A DNA stretch of 64,000 nucleotides from Smithellaceae bacterium (GTDB taxonomy: Bacteria > Desulfobacterota > Syntrophia > Syntrophales > Smithellaceae). The notes beneath the pieces are model-generated. The model saw only the letters and a list, made by a program, of their open reading frames with translations, searched no databases and had not been told where the DNA came from. The DNA is taken from positions 672,001 through 736,000 of the forward strand of contig CAXXVL010000001.1 of NCBI GenBank assembly GCA_963667845.2, written 5' to 3'. A program made the position numbers and the translations under genes. Of the stretch, positions 28,878 through 38,691 are shown one piece after another (position 1 is the first letter of the stretch; each line of letters starts with the position of its first letter).

Positions 28878-29336
28878 ATGAAGACCTACGCTATCAAGTA
28901 TGTGGAGCTGGCGGAATTGCATGCGGAGAGAATGGCCAAGAGATGGGCAATGGACGTGCAAAATAACACCCGGACGAAAAAATACAAGGAGTTGGATGAA
29001 GAATGGATCATCAACCAGGGGATCAAATTTTATCAGAATTTCAGTAAAATGTTTGCCGAAGAAAAAATCAGTGAGACGACATTGAAATATTTTCGTACCT
29101 ACGCAGAGGAAAGTTTCTCTATGGGAATTCCCATGGACGAGGCGGTCTATGCGCTCATTCTGTTAAGGCGCCACATCTGGCTGTATGCCGAATTCCAGAC
29201 CATCTTCAGTTCCGGCATCGACCAGCGGCAGGCGCTGGATACGTTAAGCCGCACGATTCTATTGTTTGACTACGCGGTATATGAGGTCACGAAGGAATAC
29301 CAGGAATTGCTGAAGAAGGCCAAAGGCAAAAAATAA
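28878..29336 (+). CDS. Hypothetical protein, RsbRD_N/globin-like helical domain (paralog A)
   Basis: W..DV, YAE..F..GIP..EAVYAL.LLRRHIWLY, FDYAVYE; AGGAG RBS; similar to the next gene. Confidence 0.7.
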   Translation: MKTYAIKYVELAELHAERMAKRWAMDVQNNTRTKKYKELDEEWIINQGIKFYQNFSKMFAEEKISETTLKYFRTYAEESFSMGIPMDEAVYALILLRRHIWLYAEFQTIFSSGIDQRQALDTLSRTILLFDYAVYEVTKEYQELLKKAKGKK

Positions 29337-29382
29337 TTTCCATTTCCTTGTACGCTCGATCATTGGAGGAAGGAGAATAAAA

Positions 29383-29838
29383 ATGGTAGAATCGATTAAG
29401 CTGCTGGACGTGCTGGAAGCGAATATTGATGAAATAGCGGGACAGTGGGCCGCTGACGTCAAGAAAAACAAGAGAACCCCGCATTACCAGGATATTCCTA
29501 CCGAGAGGCTGGTGCTCCAGGCGATCAAATTTTACAGCCAGCTGAGAAACATGCTGATTGCTCCCAATCGTTACGAAAAAGCGCAGGAATTCTTCATGCA
29601 TTACGCGAGGACGTGCTATGAAAGCGGCGTTCCCCTGCACGAATCGATTTACGCCTTGAACATGATGCGGCGGCACATGTGGCTTTATGCGGAGTTTCAG
29701 GCGATCTTTATCAACGCCATTGAACACCATCAGGCGATTGACAGCGTCATGAGAATCATGCTGCTCATCGACTATGCCGTCTATGAAATTACACAGTACT
29801 ATCAGGACCGCATTCGGCTGGAGCAGAGGGCATCTTAG
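29383..29838 (+). CDS. Hypothetical protein, RsbRD_N/globin-like helical domain (paralog B)
   Basis: Shares YAL..(L/M)RRH(I/M)WLYAEFQ.IF and DYAVYE(V/I)T..YQ with paralog A. Confidence 0.7.
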   Translation: MVESIKLLDVLEANIDEIAGQWAADVKKNKRTPHYQDIPTERLVLQAIKFYSQLRNMLIAPNRYEKAQEFFMHYARTCYESGVPLHESIYALNMMRRHMWLYAEFQAIFINAIEHHQAIDSVMRIMLLIDYAVYEITQYYQDRIRLEQRAS

Positions 29839-29854
29839 GGCCGACAGCTTTTAG

Positions 29855-29954
29855 TCAGCCACCTCGCAGCAAACTGTCGAGGTATGAAATGAACGTCATT
29901 ATTTCGCAGCAAGCGACAGGGAATTGACGCTCGTCCCGCGTGAGCGGGATTGAA
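29855..29954 (+). repeat. ~100-bp dispersed repeat, copy 2
   Basis: Closely similar to 22485-22586 and 45481-45580. Confidence 0.85.
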
Positions 29955-30018
29955 CACATCTGGCAAACGGCAGCGGGTCATTCCTGCTGCCGTTTTAGCG
30001 TGATAGGAGCAGCGGGGC

Positions 30019-31197
30019 ATTTTAAAACGAATCGTACATAAGGCGTCCATCCTGCCGAAGGATTTCCGCCTGTTCCTGGCCGCGACATTCGTCTTCGGGT
30101 TTTCCCAGAGCATTGTCGATTCCACCTTTAACAATTTCCTCAACGAAACGTTTTCGATCAGTGACTGGCAGCGGGGCTTTATGGAGCTGCCCAGGGAATT
30201 GCCCGGATTCCTCGTTATATTTTTTGCCGCGCTTTTCTTTTTTCTATGTTCCCGGAGACTGGCGGTTCTGGCGAATCTGCTGTGTGCCTTCGGGATTTTG
30301 CTGATCGGCTTTGCCTCTCCGGGTTTTTCCGTGATGCTCGTCTGGCTGTTTATCTTCAGCATCGGCCAGCATTTATTCATTCCGTTGAACCAGAGCATCG
30401 GGATGGAGCTGGCCGTCAAAGGTCAGGAAGGAAGAAGGCTGGGGCAGTTTTCCGCCGTGGCCAATCTGGCCATGATTCTTGGCAGCTTTGCCATTTTTCT
30501 GGGATTCAAATTCTTCCATATGACATTTCAGATTTCTTACGCCGTCGCCTGTTGCGGGTTTCTGACGGTTGCCGCACTTCTGTTTCGTCTGAAGAAAGAT
30601 CAGCCGTATGCCGCCCGCACGAGGTTTCAACTGCGCAAAGAATACAGACTTTTTTACTGGCTCAATATTTTGTACGGGACGCGCAAACAGATCTTTCTGA
30701 CATTTGCCCCGTGGGTGCTGGTAACGGTCTTCCATCAGAAGACGCAAATGCTGGCGACCCTTCTGGCTACCGGCGGCGTCATCGGCATTTTTTTCAAGCC
30801 GGTTTTAGGAAGAGCGATCGACAGGCTCGGCGAACGATTTATCCTGACGTCGGAAGCCGTGTTGCTTGTGCTGGTTTGCCTGGGCTACGGTTATTCACTG
30901 GCGATTTTTTCCGAGACTGCGGCCTTGATCGTTGCATCGGCGTGCTTCATTGCGGATCAGCTTTTAATGTCGGTCGGCATGGCTCGGGCGACCTATCTGC
31001 AGAAAATCGCCGTCCGCCCCGAAGACGTCACTCAGACACTCACCATGGGCGTCACGATTGACCACATCTTTTCCATCACCGTCGCGCTTATCGGCGGCCT
31101 CATCTGGGTGACCTGGGGCTATCAGTTTGTCTTTTTGCTGGGCGCCGCCATTGCCTGTGTGAACTTCTTTTCGGCATTGCGGGTTCAAACAAGATAA
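30019..31197 (+). CDS. MFS transporter (probable ATT start)
   Basis: Hydrophobic multi-TM protein with GRAIDRLGER motif-A-like loop; frame open from 30007; TM1 lies upstream of the first ATG (30181). Confidence 0.8.
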   Translation: MLKRIVHKASILPKDFRLFLAATFVFGFSQSIVDSTFNNFLNETFSISDWQRGFMELPRELPGFLVIFFAALFFFLCSRRLAVLANLLCAFGILLIGFASPGFSVMLVWLFIFSIGQHLFIPLNQSIGMELAVKGQEGRRLGQFSAVANLAMILGSFAIFLGFKFFHMTFQISYAVACCGFLTVAALLFRLKKDQPYAARTRFQLRKEYRLFYWLNILYGTRKQIFLTFAPWVLVTVFHQKTQMLATLLATGGVIGIFFKPVLGRAIDRLGERFILTSEAVLLVLVCLGYGYSLAIFSETAALIVASACFIADQLLMSVGMARATYLQKIAVRPEDVTQTLTMGVTIDHIFSITVALIGGLIWVTWGYQFVFLLGAAIACVNFFSALRVQTR

Positions 31198-31278
31198 TGT
31201 AGATTACCGTCATTGTGCCGGGTCCTTGTGACTCGACTTTTTTCTAAAAAATACAAAAAAACAAAGGAATCAGGGCTT

Positions 31279-32097
31279 ATGGAAAACTATCTGGTCAAGA
31301 TTATTTGCATGGTACTGGTCATTGTCTTCTTATTTATAAGCAAAAAAATCGCCGACGTCATCACGCGGTTTGACGATGACGCATTAATCAGCCAAAGCGG
31401 CAATCTGGCGGTTGCGCTCAGGCGTTTCGGCGTCTTTGTGGGGATCTGCATCGCCATGCAGGCACTGATTCCGGATGTGGCCTCCTATCGGGACATAGGA
31501 TCTTTCTGCGTCTATTCTCTGATTGTGGTGGTCATCTTTTTTGCCGCGCATTTTATCAATGATTTTGTCATTGTGCCCAAAGCCTCCAACAATGAACTGG
31601 TGAAAGCGGGTAATGTGGCAACGGGCATTATCGAGGCGGGTGCTTTCATTGCCACCGGCTTTCTGGTCAACGGCGCGTTTTCCGGCGACGTTGGCGGCAT
31701 GATCACCGCGGTGGTGTTCTTCTTTCTGGGTCAGATCGTCATGATCGCGGCGATTTTTCTTCACGAAAAGATCTACCGCTTTAACGTCACCGAGTGTGTG
31801 CAGGCGGGCAACGTGGGCGCCGGCGTGGCAGTGGCCGGACTTCTGGTGGCCTACAGCATTATTCTACGCGCCAGTATTGCCGGGGATTTTACAGGCTGGT
31901 TAAGCAGTCTTTCAGCCTTTGCCATTAGCGCCGTCACCGGAATGATCGGCCTGATCATTTTTGAGCGGATTGCCGCGTTGATTTTTCTGCCCAGAACATC
32001 GATCGGCAAAGCCATCCAGAGCGGCAATACGGCGGCGCTTGTGCTCGTGCAGGCCATTACCATTGCGCTTTCGCTCGTCATCAGCAAACTCATTTAA
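31279..32097 (+). CDS. DUF350 (UPF0719) family membrane protein, repeated domain
   Basis: Repeated GNLAVA/GNVATG/GNVGAG/GNTAA motifs between TM helices. Confidence 0.78.
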   Translation: MENYLVKIICMVLVIVFLFISKKIADVITRFDDDALISQSGNLAVALRRFGVFVGICIAMQALIPDVASYRDIGSFCVYSLIVVVIFFAAHFINDFVIVPKASNNELVKAGNVATGIIEAGAFIATGFLVNGAFSGDVGGMITAVVFFFLGQIVMIAAIFLHEKIYRFNVTECVQAGNVGAGVAVAGLLVAYSIILRASIAGDFTGWLSSLSAFAISAVTGMIGLIIFERIAALIFLPRTSIGKAIQSGNTAALVLVQAITIALSLVISKLI

Positions 32098-32115
32098 CTT
32101 GGGTTGGAGGCGATA

Positions 32116-32751
32116 ATGAAGAAAAATACAACCGGCAAAGTGATTATCGGCGGCATCTTTTTTCTGGCCAACAGCCTGATCCTCGGCTGCGATTCGGCGG
32201 ATGATGCGGCAACGCAAAACAGAACGCGTTCCTTCGGAGATGATGCGGGAAGCCATACCGCCTATCAGCAAAGCGGCGTCATGACCATGGTGGAAGAGGT
32301 CGCGCCCGGCGATTACCGCATCGAAAAGGAATTTCCCAGCAAACAGACCGGCGTGGTGGTTAAGCATGTCGACGGGAGAAAGGAAATTATTCCGGAAGAT
32401 AAAATACCGGCTGTCATGGAGCAGGAAAAGAATGAGAAGGGCATGGGGCTGGGGTCGGTCCTGGCCGCAGGCCTGCTGGGTTATATGATGGGAAAAAATT
32501 CGGCTTTGAGCCCTTACGTGTATAAGGACGACAACCTGTATAAGCAAAGTCTGGTCAACCGTCAGCTGCTGTATCAAAAACAGGAGGAAGAAGACAAACG
32601 GCTGGGTTATCGGGGCGGCTACTGGTCGGGCGGCCGCTACTACAACCCGTCGCGACCTGCGGGCGGGCAGGAGGTGGGACAGGCGGGAACCGGCAAGGCG
32701 AAGAGCGGATTCTTCTCTCGCCTGGGCAGCAGCTTCCGGGGTTTGAGCTGA
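32116..32751 (+). CDS. UPF0323-like lipoprotein
   Basis: Lipobox ILGC; EEVAPGDYRI.KE.PS; LGSVLAAGLLGYMMG; Gly/Ser-rich tail KSGFF; precedes a GSP synthase-like gene. Confidence 0.65.
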   Translation: MKKNTTGKVIIGGIFFLANSLILGCDSADDAATQNRTRSFGDDAGSHTAYQQSGVMTMVEEVAPGDYRIEKEFPSKQTGVVVKHVDGRKEIIPEDKIPAVMEQEKNEKGMGLGSVLAAGLLGYMMGKNSALSPYVYKDDNLYKQSLVNRQLLYQKQEEEDKRLGYRGGYWSGGRYYNPSRPAGGQEVGQAGTGKAKSGFFSRLGSSFRGLS

Positions 32752-33929
32752 TGAAACTTCTTCCCGTCAGGCCGGTTCCCGATGATATTTATGACCAGCT
32801 GGGATTCTATTGGTACGAGGCCGTGGAGGATAAATCGTATGTGGCCGACGAATTGGTTGTGGTCAGCGAAGAAGAAGGAGATGCGTATTACCAGGCGGCC
32901 AATGAACTTTACGATATGTATGTGAAGGCCGGGCAGCATGTGATTGATCAAAAGCTCTACGGGCTCCTGGATATTCCGCAGAGCCTTGTGGAAATGATCG
33001 AACTAAGCTGGGAGGACGACAGCCACTTCCATCTCCTGGGACGCTTTGACCTGGCCGGGGGCCTGGACGGCCTGCCCATCAAGCTCATCGAATTCAATGC
33101 CGATACGCCATCACTGATTTTTGAAACCGCTTTGATCCAGTGGCTTATTTTGAAGCACAACAAGCTTCCGGAAGAAAATCAGTTCAACAATCTCTATGAA
33201 GCCATACAAGAAAGTTTCGGAAGGCTGAGAAAGCTTCATCCGGTTTTCGGCGAGACCAATAGCCGCATCCCGCAGGCCCTGTTTTCCTGCGTGGAAGACG
33301 CGGGCGAGGAGGATGAAAACACCGTCAGGCTGATCGAAGAGATTGCCTACGAAGCGGGATTCATCACCGGCTTTGAATATGTGCAAAAGGTTTTCTTCGG
33401 CGCCGAGGAAGGCATTCTGGATAAAGAAGGCAATGCCTTTGATTACTGGTTCAAACTTCTTCCCTATGAGTATATCTGCGTCTACGAACCCGAACTCGCG
33501 GGGCTCCTCACCAAGATTCTCCGCCGCAAGCGCTGTATCCTGCTCAATCCCCCGTATACGCTGCTTTTCCAGTCCAAAGCCATCATGAAGGTGCTGTGGG
33601 ATCTGTTTCCGAATCATCCGCTGCTTCTGGAAACGGACACCCGATATCTGACCGGGAAAAAATGCGTGGAGAAGCCGACGTTCAGCCGCGAAGGGGATAA
33701 CATCCGCGTCTTCGACGCCGAAAGAAATATCACCGACGCGCGCGAGGGCGATTACGCGATGTACGGGAGAATTTATCAGGCCTGGGCCGATTTGCCCAAG
33801 GACAGCGAAGGAAGGTTTTACCAGGCCGGCGTCTTCTTTTCCTACGAGGCCTGCGGTCTGGGCTTCCGCCGCGAAAAAGGCATCATCCACAACCAGTCGC
33901 AATTCGCCGGGCATTATGTGGAAGGGTAG
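32751..33929 (+). CDS. Glutathionylspermidine synthase-like ATP-grasp ligase (YgiC/YjfC family)
   Basis: GRFDL, KLIEFNADTP, FKLLPYE, QSKAIMKVLWDLFPNHPLLL, KP.FSREG.N. Confidence 0.92.
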   Translation: MKLLPVRPVPDDIYDQLGFYWYEAVEDKSYVADELVVVSEEEGDAYYQAANELYDMYVKAGQHVIDQKLYGLLDIPQSLVEMIELSWEDDSHFHLLGRFDLAGGLDGLPIKLIEFNADTPSLIFETALIQWLILKHNKLPEENQFNNLYEAIQESFGRLRKLHPVFGETNSRIPQALFSCVEDAGEEDENTVRLIEEIAYEAGFITGFEYVQKVFFGAEEGILDKEGNAFDYWFKLLPYEYICVYEPELAGLLTKILRRKRCILLNPPYTLLFQSKAIMKVLWDLFPNHPLLLETDTRYLTGKKCVEKPTFSREGDNIRVFDAERNITDAREGDYAMYGRIYQAWADLPKDSEGRFYQAGVFFSYEACGLGFRREKGIIHNQSQFAGHYVEG

Positions 33930-34377
33930 GGTGATTAATGAATTGCCCGAGTCAAAAAGACTCGACCGCAATAGTGAAGATATGTTGGCATAACAAGAAG
34001 AATGTCATCTGTTGTCTGCTGGTTCAATCATTCCGATTGAACCTTTTATTTGATCTTACTACAAAACAGAAATCTGTCAGCCATATTGTAAATTGTGAAA
34101 ATGCACTGATTCAATCTGCAAGATTAAACCAGTAAAAGAAAGAATAAGCAGCAGCTGAACCGGGGCATGACTGAGCAAATATGGCCGAAACGTTGTGGCT
34201 CTTGGCGAAATGGAGCATCAGACAGCCGAACTGTTTGAGCACGCAGGGCGAGTTTTCGGCTGTCGCGCAATGAGACATAGAGCCACAGTTGCAGGGCATC
34301 TTGAGCGAAGGCATGCCCCGGTTCAACTGCAACCTTTAAAAAGAGCATTGCTCTTGAAGAATCCCTATCAACGTCCT

Positions 34378-36786
34378 TCACATAAAATTCTCGGGATCCA
34401 CATCAATCGTAATCTTCACCGTGCTCGTAGCGTGTTTTTCCAGAAGTTCGGCGGCGATCCGGTGCATCAGGTTGCTGTCTTTACCCTTGATCAGCATCTG
34501 ATAGCGATGCTCTCCGCGGATTTTGGAAAGCGGCGAGGGCGCGGGGCCGACGATCTCCACGGCATTGCCTTGGCGGGCGCAAAGCGCTTTGGCGTCCTGG
34601 CCCAATTCCTGAGCCGTCCGGGAAAGCACATTCATGTTTACGGACGACAGGCGCAGGTTGATGATCCGGCTGTAGGGCGGGTACTTCAGTGCCTTGCGGA
34701 ATTCGATTTCCTCTTCGTAGAAAGATTTGTAGTCGTGTCTTCGTGTATGTTTCAGCGCGTAATTTTCGGGATTGAACGTCTGGATGATGACGCGGCCCGC
34801 GGCACTGCCCCGGCCGCCCCGTCCGGCCACCTGCGTGAGCATCTGAAAGGTTTTTTCCGCCGCGCGGAAATCCGGCATGTTGAGTGACGTGTCCGCCGAG
34901 ATGACGCCCACCAGGGTGATCGCGGGGAAGTCATGACCCTTGGTGATCATCTGTGTTCCCACCAGGATGTCGATTTCCTTTTGCGCGAGCTGAACGAGGA
35001 TTTTTTCCTGCGCGCCTTTGCGTGCGGTCGTGTCGGAGTCCATCCGGCAGATGCGCGCCTTCGGAAACAGGCTTTCCAGCTCTTTTTCCAGCTTCTGTGT
35101 TCCCGTGCCGTAATTCAGAATCCGGCTGCCCCGGCACTTGGGGCAAAGCGGCATGGCTTTTTGCGTGTAGTCGCAATAATGGCATTTGACGAGATTTTCG
35201 GCCAGGTGGCTTTTCAGGGCGACGGCGCAGTTGGGGCAGGTAAAATTGTAGCCGCAGTCGCCGCAGACCAGAAATGTATCAAAGCCGCGTTTGTTGAGAA
35301 AAAGCAGCGCCTGTTCCCGGCGCGAAAGTGCGTCGGTGATCGCGAGCGTGAGTGCGTCGGAAAGGATCGGCGCTTTGCCGTGCATCTCTTTTTGCGCCTT
35401 CATGTCGATAATGTCGATCCGGGGCAGGGGTCTGTTGTTCACCCTTTTGGCCAATTCCAGATGAGCGTATTTTTTTGTCCGCGCATTGTAGAAAGTGCGC
35501 ACACCCGGTGTGGCCGATCCCAGAACGCAGGCGGCTCCTACGAACTTGGCTTTGACGACGGCCAGATCGCGGGCATGATAACAGAGCCTTTCGTCCTGTT
35601 TGTAGGAGGCGTCATGCTCCTCATCAACGATGATTAATTTCAGGTGGGGCAGCGGCGCAAAAAGCGCGGAGCGCGCGCCGATAACCAGATTGATCCGGCC
35701 GCGCCGGATTTGCCGCCACTGATCGTAGCGGACACTTTCGGCAATGCCGCTGTGAATGACGGCGATTTTATCCGGGTCAAACCGTCCGGTGATCCGGGAG
35801 ATCAGCTGCGGGGTGAGGGCGATTTCGGGAACCAGATAGATGGCCGTGCCGCCTGTTTTCAAAGCATGATCGATGGCCGAAAGATAAACTTCTGTTTTAC
35901 CGCTGCCGGTCACGCCATGCAGCAGGACGGGATGGAAATCTTTGTCGTCGGCAAAGCGGCAAATGGTTGAAAGCGCCTCTTTCTGCTCATCATTGAGTTC
36001 AAAATCGTTCCGGGGCGGCTCAAGCGAACTCGTAAGTGAGGCCCTGCGGATGACTTCCGCGTCGCTTACCGTGACAACGCTCTTTTCCAGAAGCCTTTTC
36101 ATCACGGCGGCGGTTGTGTTTGTTGCGGCCATCAGTTCACGAAGTTCCGTGGGGCCCGCGTTTTTCAAATAATCGACGACGGTCTGCTGGCGGGACGTGA
36201 GTTTCAGTGGGTCCGGTGCATTTCCCGCAAGGCGGATGATCTTTTGCGTGCGGATAGAAAGCTGCTTCTTGTCTCTGGCGGTGATCCGGACGAATCCCGC
36301 TATCTGAAGACTGCGCACAACGGATGCCGCATTTTTCAGACCGGTTTTCCGGATGAGCTCATTCAAAGCCAGTCCGCGCGGATGCTCTCGCATAATATCC
36401 AGAATTTTTTGCTGCGCGGGTGTCGGCGTCGCGTCCACAGATTCAGTCGCCGGAGTTACCCACTGAAAATCCTTTTTTTCTGCTCCTGCGGGAATCAGTT
36501 CGGCCAGCGTTTTCCCGAGGGGGTAGATGAAATAATCGGCGATCCATTGATAAAATTTCAGATCATCGAGGTCAAAAAGCGGTTCGTCGTCGAGAATTTC
36601 GTTGATTGTTTTGACCTCTTCCAGATCGCAGGAGGACGCCGCGGCGACAATGAAGCCGGTGCGTTTCCTGGAACCGAAGGGCACAAAAACCCTTTTGCCG
36701 ATTTGGGCGCGAGAGAGCAGTTTGTCCGGTACGGCATAGGTGAAGAGCCTGCCGGCCGGAATATTCAAGGCTACCTGGACATACAT
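34378..36786 (-). CDS. priA: Primosomal protein N' (PriA)
   Basis: GVTGSGKTEVY, VPEIALTPQ, DEEHD.SYKQ, Cys-rich zinc region, QVAGRGGR, DVDP. Confidence 0.97.
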   Translation of the reverse strand: MYVQVALNIPAGRLFTYAVPDKLLSRAQIGKRVFVPFGSRKRTGFIVAAASSCDLEEVKTINEILDDEPLFDLDDLKFYQWIADYFIYPLGKTLAELIPAGAEKKDFQWVTPATESVDATPTPAQQKILDIMREHPRGLALNELIRKTGLKNAASVVRSLQIAGFVRITARDKKQLSIRTQKIIRLAGNAPDPLKLTSRQQTVVDYLKNAGPTELRELMAATNTTAAVMKRLLEKSVVTVSDAEVIRRASLTSSLEPPRNDFELNDEQKEALSTICRFADDKDFHPVLLHGVTGSGKTEVYLSAIDHALKTGGTAIYLVPEIALTPQLISRITGRFDPDKIAVIHSGIAESVRYDQWRQIRRGRINLVIGARSALFAPLPHLKLIIVDEEHDASYKQDERLCYHARDLAVVKAKFVGAACVLGSATPGVRTFYNARTKKYAHLELAKRVNNRPLPRIDIIDMKAQKEMHGKAPILSDALTLAITDALSRREQALLFLNKRGFDTFLVCGDCGYNFTCPNCAVALKSHLAENLVKCHYCDYTQKAMPLCPKCRGSRILNYGTGTQKLEKELESLFPKARICRMDSDTTARKGAQEKILVQLAQKEIDILVGTQMITKGHDFPAITLVGVISADTSLNMPDFRAAEKTFQMLTQVAGRGGRGSAAGRVIIQTFNPENYALKHTRRHDYKSFYEEEIEFRKALKYPPYSRIINLRLSSVNMNVLSRTAQELGQDAKALCARQGNAVEIVGPAPSPLSKIRGEHRYQMLIKGKDSNLMHRIAAELLEKHATSTVKITIDVDPENFM

Positions 36787-36852
36787 AGCGTCTGGTTATC
36801 ATCTTTGAGTGAAAAATGGAATGGCTTACCCGCCGGGGGCGAGAAGAAAAAC

Positions 36853-36881
36853 AAAAAACGCCCCGAAGCCGGAGCGTTTTT
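36853..36881 (-). terminator. Intrinsic terminator after dksA
   Basis: Minus strand AAAAACGCUCCG-GCUU-CGGGGCGUUUUUU. Confidence 0.8.
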
Positions 36882-36898
36882 CGCGGTCTGGATTTGAT

Positions 36899-37279
36899 TT
36901 ATTCGCCTTTGAGCTTTTCGAGTTTCTCCTGCTTGGTCTTGCAGTCGATGCATTCCGTGGTGACGGGTCTGGCCAACAGCCTCTTCTCGGAAATGGGCCC
37001 GCCGCATGATTCGCAAATGCCGTATGTTCCGTCATCAATCCTTTTGATGGCTTCTTGCATTTTGCCGATGAGTTTCCGCTCCCGGTCGCGGATGCGCAAC
37101 TCAAAGTTGCGGTCGGATTCCAGAGAGGCCCGATCGTTGGGATCGGGGAAATTCTCTTTGCCGTTGGTCATTTCGGTGACGGTTTTGCCCGCCTCACTGA
37201 GCAGCTCATTGATTTTCTGAATGAGCAGCTTGCGGAATATCTCCAGCTTCTCCGGCTTCAAAGTCGTTTGTTTTTCCAA
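36899..37279 (-). CDS. dksA: RNA polymerase-binding protein DksA
   Basis: DPNDRAS coiled-coil tip, RDRERKLI.K, C4 zinc finger CESC..CIDC; TTG start after AGGAG. Confidence 0.95.
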   Translation of the reverse strand: MEKQTTLKPEKLEIFRKLLIQKINELLSEAGKTVTEMTNGKENFPDPNDRASLESDRNFELRIRDRERKLIGKMQEAIKRIDDGTYGICESCGGPISEKRLLARPVTTECIDCKTKQEKLEKLKGE

Positions 37280-37425
37280 TGCTGCAACTCCTTGCGTACG
37301 ATATTGAGATTGTCGCCCTTATTACCTAATGGAATAATGTTTGTAAAGGAAAAAATTTGCCCCCAAAAATAACAAAAATCACCTTTTTTGCTTAAGAAAA
37401 CCCCGATGCGGCGGCTTTAAGCAGA

Positions 37426-37911
37426 TTATTTCCCGCTGCAATAGACGGATATCACTTTATCGACGATATTGGTGGTCGACTTGCCCGCCACTTCCGGAAT
37501 AATTGTGACATGACCGCCCCATTCTTTTATTTCATCGCGTCCGACGACTTTGTCTTCCGGCCAGTCGCCGCCTTTGATCAGGACATCCGGTTGGAGATAA
37601 CAAATCAATTTAAGCGGGGTCAGTTCTGGAAATATCGTCACAAAATCAATGCATTCCAAAGCCGAGAGCAATTCGGCTCTTTCCGCCTCGCCAACCAGAG
37701 GTCTTTTTTCACCTTTGATCGCCCGCACCGAATCATCGCTGTTCAGCGCCAGGACCAGAATATCGGCTGTTTTTTTTGCTTCCTTTAAATAGCGCACATG
37801 GCCGACATGCAGAATATCAAAGCAGCCGTTGGTAAATGCGATCTTCTTTCCTTCACTGCGAAGGGCATCCAGTTTATCTTTGAGCAATTTTCTGTCCATT
37901 ATTTTATTCAT
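37426..37911 (-). CDS. rfaE2: D-glycero-beta-D-manno-heptose 1-phosphate adenylyltransferase (RfaE2)
   Basis: FTNGCFDILHVGH, LNSD.SV..IKG..RP, KGGDW, STT. Confidence 0.93.
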   Translation of the reverse strand: MNKIMDRKLLKDKLDALRSEGKKIAFTNGCFDILHVGHVRYLKEAKKTADILVLALNSDDSVRAIKGEKRPLVGEAERAELLSALECIDFVTIFPELTPLKLICYLQPDVLIKGGDWPEDKVVGRDEIKEWGGHVTIIPEVAGKSTTNIVDKVISVYCSGK

Positions 37912-37962
37912 AACGGCTCCTCGCGGATTATTTTGTTTTGGCCTTTTTTTCGGCCGGGCCGG

Positions 37963-38691
37963 TCAGAGGACCCGGGCCAGTGTTATCACCACCACCTGCC
38001 GGGCGCCGGCTTTGACCAGAGTCTTTGCACATTCGTTGACCGTAGCGCCGGTTGTATAAACATCATCGACCAGAATCAAGTTTTTATCGCGAATCTTTTG
38101 GGTCGAACCGGCAATAAAAGCACCGGCAATATTTTTTTCTCTTTCTTTTTTATCGAGCCCCGTCTGCGTTAAAGTCAATTTGCGTCTTTTTAGCAAGGAA
38201 AAATCCACGTTCAATCCCTGTTTTTCCGCGAGGGCGCGGGCCAGGATCAGTGATTGATTAAACCCCCTCTGCCTGAGACGCTTGATATGCAGCGGAACCG
38301 GGACAACGGCGTCAAAAATGCCGAAGTCTACGTCCTTAAAATCAAAATCGGCCATAATCCGGGCAAGTGCGGCTCCGGTTGTAACATTGCGTCCGTATTT
38401 GAACCGGTGGATGGCATCATGAATGACGCCGTCATAGACGACCGCGGCGCGCGCCGACATAAACCAGGGTCTTTTCCCCAGGCAAGAGGCGCACAGATGG
38501 TCCCCGGCCGGCGAATCCGGGAAAATAACGCCGCAAACCGGACAGGAGCCGCCATTGATAAACGTGATATCATGCAGGCATTCGGGGCAGAAAACCTGAC
38601 CCTCGCCTACGGGAAGAACCTCGGTGCAGGATAGGCAAAGCGGAGGGAAAAGCGTATCGGATATTTCGTGAAAGAAATCCGTTAAGATCAA
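37963..38691 (-). CDS. comF: ComF family phosphoribosyltransferase-like protein
   Basis: N-terminal CxxC motifs, PVPLH..RL..RGFNQ, LVDDVYTTGAT. Confidence 0.92.
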   Translation of the reverse strand: MILTDFFHEISDTLFPPLCLSCTEVLPVGEGQVFCPECLHDITFINGGSCPVCGVIFPDSPAGDHLCASCLGKRPWFMSARAAVVYDGVIHDAIHRFKYGRNVTTGAALARIMADFDFKDVDFGIFDAVVPVPLHIKRLRQRGFNQSLILARALAEKQGLNVDFSLLKRRKLTLTQTGLDKKEREKNIAGAFIAGSTQKIRDKNLILVDDVYTTGATVNECAKTLVKAGARQVVVITLARVL

